DNA from: Neocallimastix sp. 'constans'
Lineage: Eukaryota
DNA: 64,000 nt
Assembly (NCBI GenBank): GCA_050613775.1
Contig: JBODTK010000127.1
Location: forward strand, 1-64,000
Reading direction: 5' to 3'
In this document: positions 61,431-64,000 of the stretch, one piece after another
Layout: every line of letters starts with the position of its first letter
Numbering within the stretch: the first letter of the stretch is position 1
Made by a program: the position numbers and the translations under genes
The notes under the pieces: model-generated
Told to the model about the DNA's origin: nothing
What the model saw: the letters and a program-made list of their open reading frames with translations, nothing else
Databases searched by the model: none

Positions 61431-62680
61431 TTAATTTTGTGAACGAATCCAAGATTTTATTTCTATTAAGTGAACAAGCATTTCATTTACTTTTAAGATA
61501 GTTTTATTATTATTATTATTATTACTGCTATTAATATTACTATCATTATAACTATTTTGAATTAGACGTTGGTATTTTTTATGAGCTTCTTTAACTAAAT
61601 AACCATTTAAAAATTCAATTTCTGTTACAGCACGTTTAGCATCAATATCTTGAAGCATAGAATTTCTATTTAAATATGTTTTCTTTCCAACATCAATAAC
61701 ATTTATTTCCCATAACTCTGCTTGACGTTTAGCCTTTTCTGATAAATGATGACTTGAGATAGGAAGATCTAAAATTTGATTAGTTTTAATTTTATTATAA
61801 TTATTTTCATCTTCTTCCTCTACTAATACCCAAGCTGCCTCTTGACAAATCTCTTTAATCATTGTATTACATGGATGTTTTTGACGATCCATATTTTTCA
61901 AAGTTTGGTTTTCAACTTGAATACTATCAACAATCCAACCATTTAAACATTCAAATAAAGCTGTTAATGGATTTAAACAAGCATTAACAATAAGTTTAGT
62001 TTGTAATAATGGTAATAATTTTGTGGTATAATCTTGAGGTTCAGTATATACAGTAACATCGAGTTCATTAAGTGGTGAAAATTGTTTATTAATTATTTGA
62101 AGAAAATCGATATTAGAATTGGAATGTTGTTCATTATATAATTGAGTATATTCCCCTTGTGGTTCACCAATAAAGGTTGTTCCTTTACCAGCATGAACAA
62201 TATTAAGAGATGAGATTCTATAGGAACCATTAGAAGTAGTGCCTGTTAATATTCTTGGAAGTTTAATTTTATCTTGTTGATGTTTTTTCAGAAAATACTC
62301 AGTTAAAAGAGAATAAGTTCCAAGAACTCCATTTTGCATCAAAATAATGACACATTCAGAATGTAAAGATGATTCAATGGATTGAATTGCTTGTAATGTG
62401 TCTGGAGATTTTGTAGTGATTAAAAGAATCTTATATGTATTTATCAAATTAATATATAATATGAAAATCAATGATTAAGAAAAAGAATATATAAATAAAT
62501 AAATAAAATAAAATAAAAATAAAAGATAATAAATTTTTAGAGTGATAAATTCAATATATTTTAGAATTAATTATGGTTATTTATGAAATGTTACTTTAAT
62601 TTTTAAAAAAATTTATAAATAATTTATATAATATAAATATATAAATATTATTTTTTATTAACAGTAACAACAACAACAAC

Positions 62681-62731
<51 letters not shown>

Positions 62732-63020
62732 TTTATTTCTAATTTAAATAAAACCTAAATACCTTTATTTCTTCCTTATTTAATTTAATTTGTGTGGGAG
62801 TTTTTACTATACATTGTATAGTATCAGTATCAATAGGTTTTCCTTCTGAAGATTTATATTTGAATTCCACAGAAAGTGGTTTTTGGACATTATCAATTGA
62901 AACTTGGTTATCCTTTTTATTTCTAATAATTAAAGTCACATTATTGTTATATTTTTTTAAATAATAAGAAAATAGGCAACCAATAGAACCAGCCCCAAGA
63001 ACATAAATGTCTGTTGTCAT
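61431..63020 (-). CDS. PAN5: 2-dehydropantoate 2-reductase (ketopantoate reductase, ApbA/PanE family)
   Basis: Exon 1 at 62763-63020 (IYVLGAGSIG Rossmann motif). Exon 2 at 61431-62429 (ITTKS, MQNG, KLIVNACLNPLTAL, NRNSMLQDI..R..TEIEFLNGYLV). Confidence 0.92.
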
Positions 63021-64000
63021 TTCTTTTTTATTTAATTATTGGTTTTTAATTATTTTTTTTATATAAAAATTAAAATATTAAAAGAAATTAATAGAATATC
63101 ATAATTTTTTTTTTAAAGCCGCAATTATTGCAAACTTTAAACTTTATTTATTTATTCATTTATTAATTACATAAATTTTTTTTTTATAAAAAATAAAAAC
63201 ACACAGAATTAATAAGAATAAATATTATTTGTCTAATTTCCTTCCACCAAGAAGTGAAATCATATAATCGATACCACGTCACATATATGTTTACACTACA
63301 CTCATTCAGAAAATTACTAATATTTACGCGATTTTCACCAATTGATCTATTCACTACATTATTAGTAACGATACTACTAGTATTAATATTCCTATTTATA
63401 TTTATAGAAAATGAATAAATAATTATAATGATGACCAGTTGTATGTCACGTGATAAAATGGAATAAATTTTTAAATTTTTCATTTTTAAATATGAAATTG
63501 TTTTATCAATATTTAAAAAATATAATCTTATTCTGAGAATTTGAAATTAATATAATTATAATAATAAATCTTCAATATTTTTATATTTTTTCTTAATTTT
63601 TTTTTTTTTTTTTTATTTTTTTATTTTTACATACTTTAAAAAATATTTATTTAAATTATAAAATTTTTAAGAATAATTTATTTATTTAATTATTTAATTA
63701 TGCTAATAAAAACTAAAGATTAAAATAAGAAAAAAAAAAATGAAAATTAAAATTATTATTTCGCCTTTAATTATTAATTTTCTTTTTTTAATATTACTAT
63801 TTTATATATAAATATGATAGTTAATTAAATTGTATGACCTATTTACTGTAAAAAAAAAATTATATATTCTAATATAATTTTTATATATTTAATAAATACA
63901 TTTTTCTTATTATTTGTATTTTTAAATAATTATTTTTAATAATTGTATTATTATTTTATTATTTTTTTTCTATATTATCTTTTTTAATTTTGTTTTCTAC

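Overview
Extremely AT-rich, intron-rich eukaryotic DNA. Fungal dockerin (CBM10-type) domains, long (AAT)n microsatellites and a probable ciliary coiled-coil gene point to an anaerobic gut fungus (Neocallimastigomycota; inference). Apparently intact host genes: Sec61-beta, TDP1, ketopantoate reductase, a non-catalytic three-dockerin secreted protein and a GPI-like secreted protein. Decayed host genes: BUB3, RPF2, a Ste20-family kinase and a secreted PI-PLC/ricin/dockerin gene. There are many Ty1/copia, Ty3/gypsy and LINE remnants. The most striking feature is an intronless, partly pseudogenised ~4.7 kb island (about 24.5-29.3 kb). It encodes a divergent RNA polymerase beta/RPB2-like subunit, a family-1 uracil-DNA glycosylase and a trifunctional mRNA capping enzyme (triphosphatase-guanylyltransferase-N7 methyltransferase). 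This is the gene set of a cytoplasmic DNA virus or virus-like linear element, most simply read as an endogenised viral element. All assignments come from motif recognition by eye; no database searches were run.
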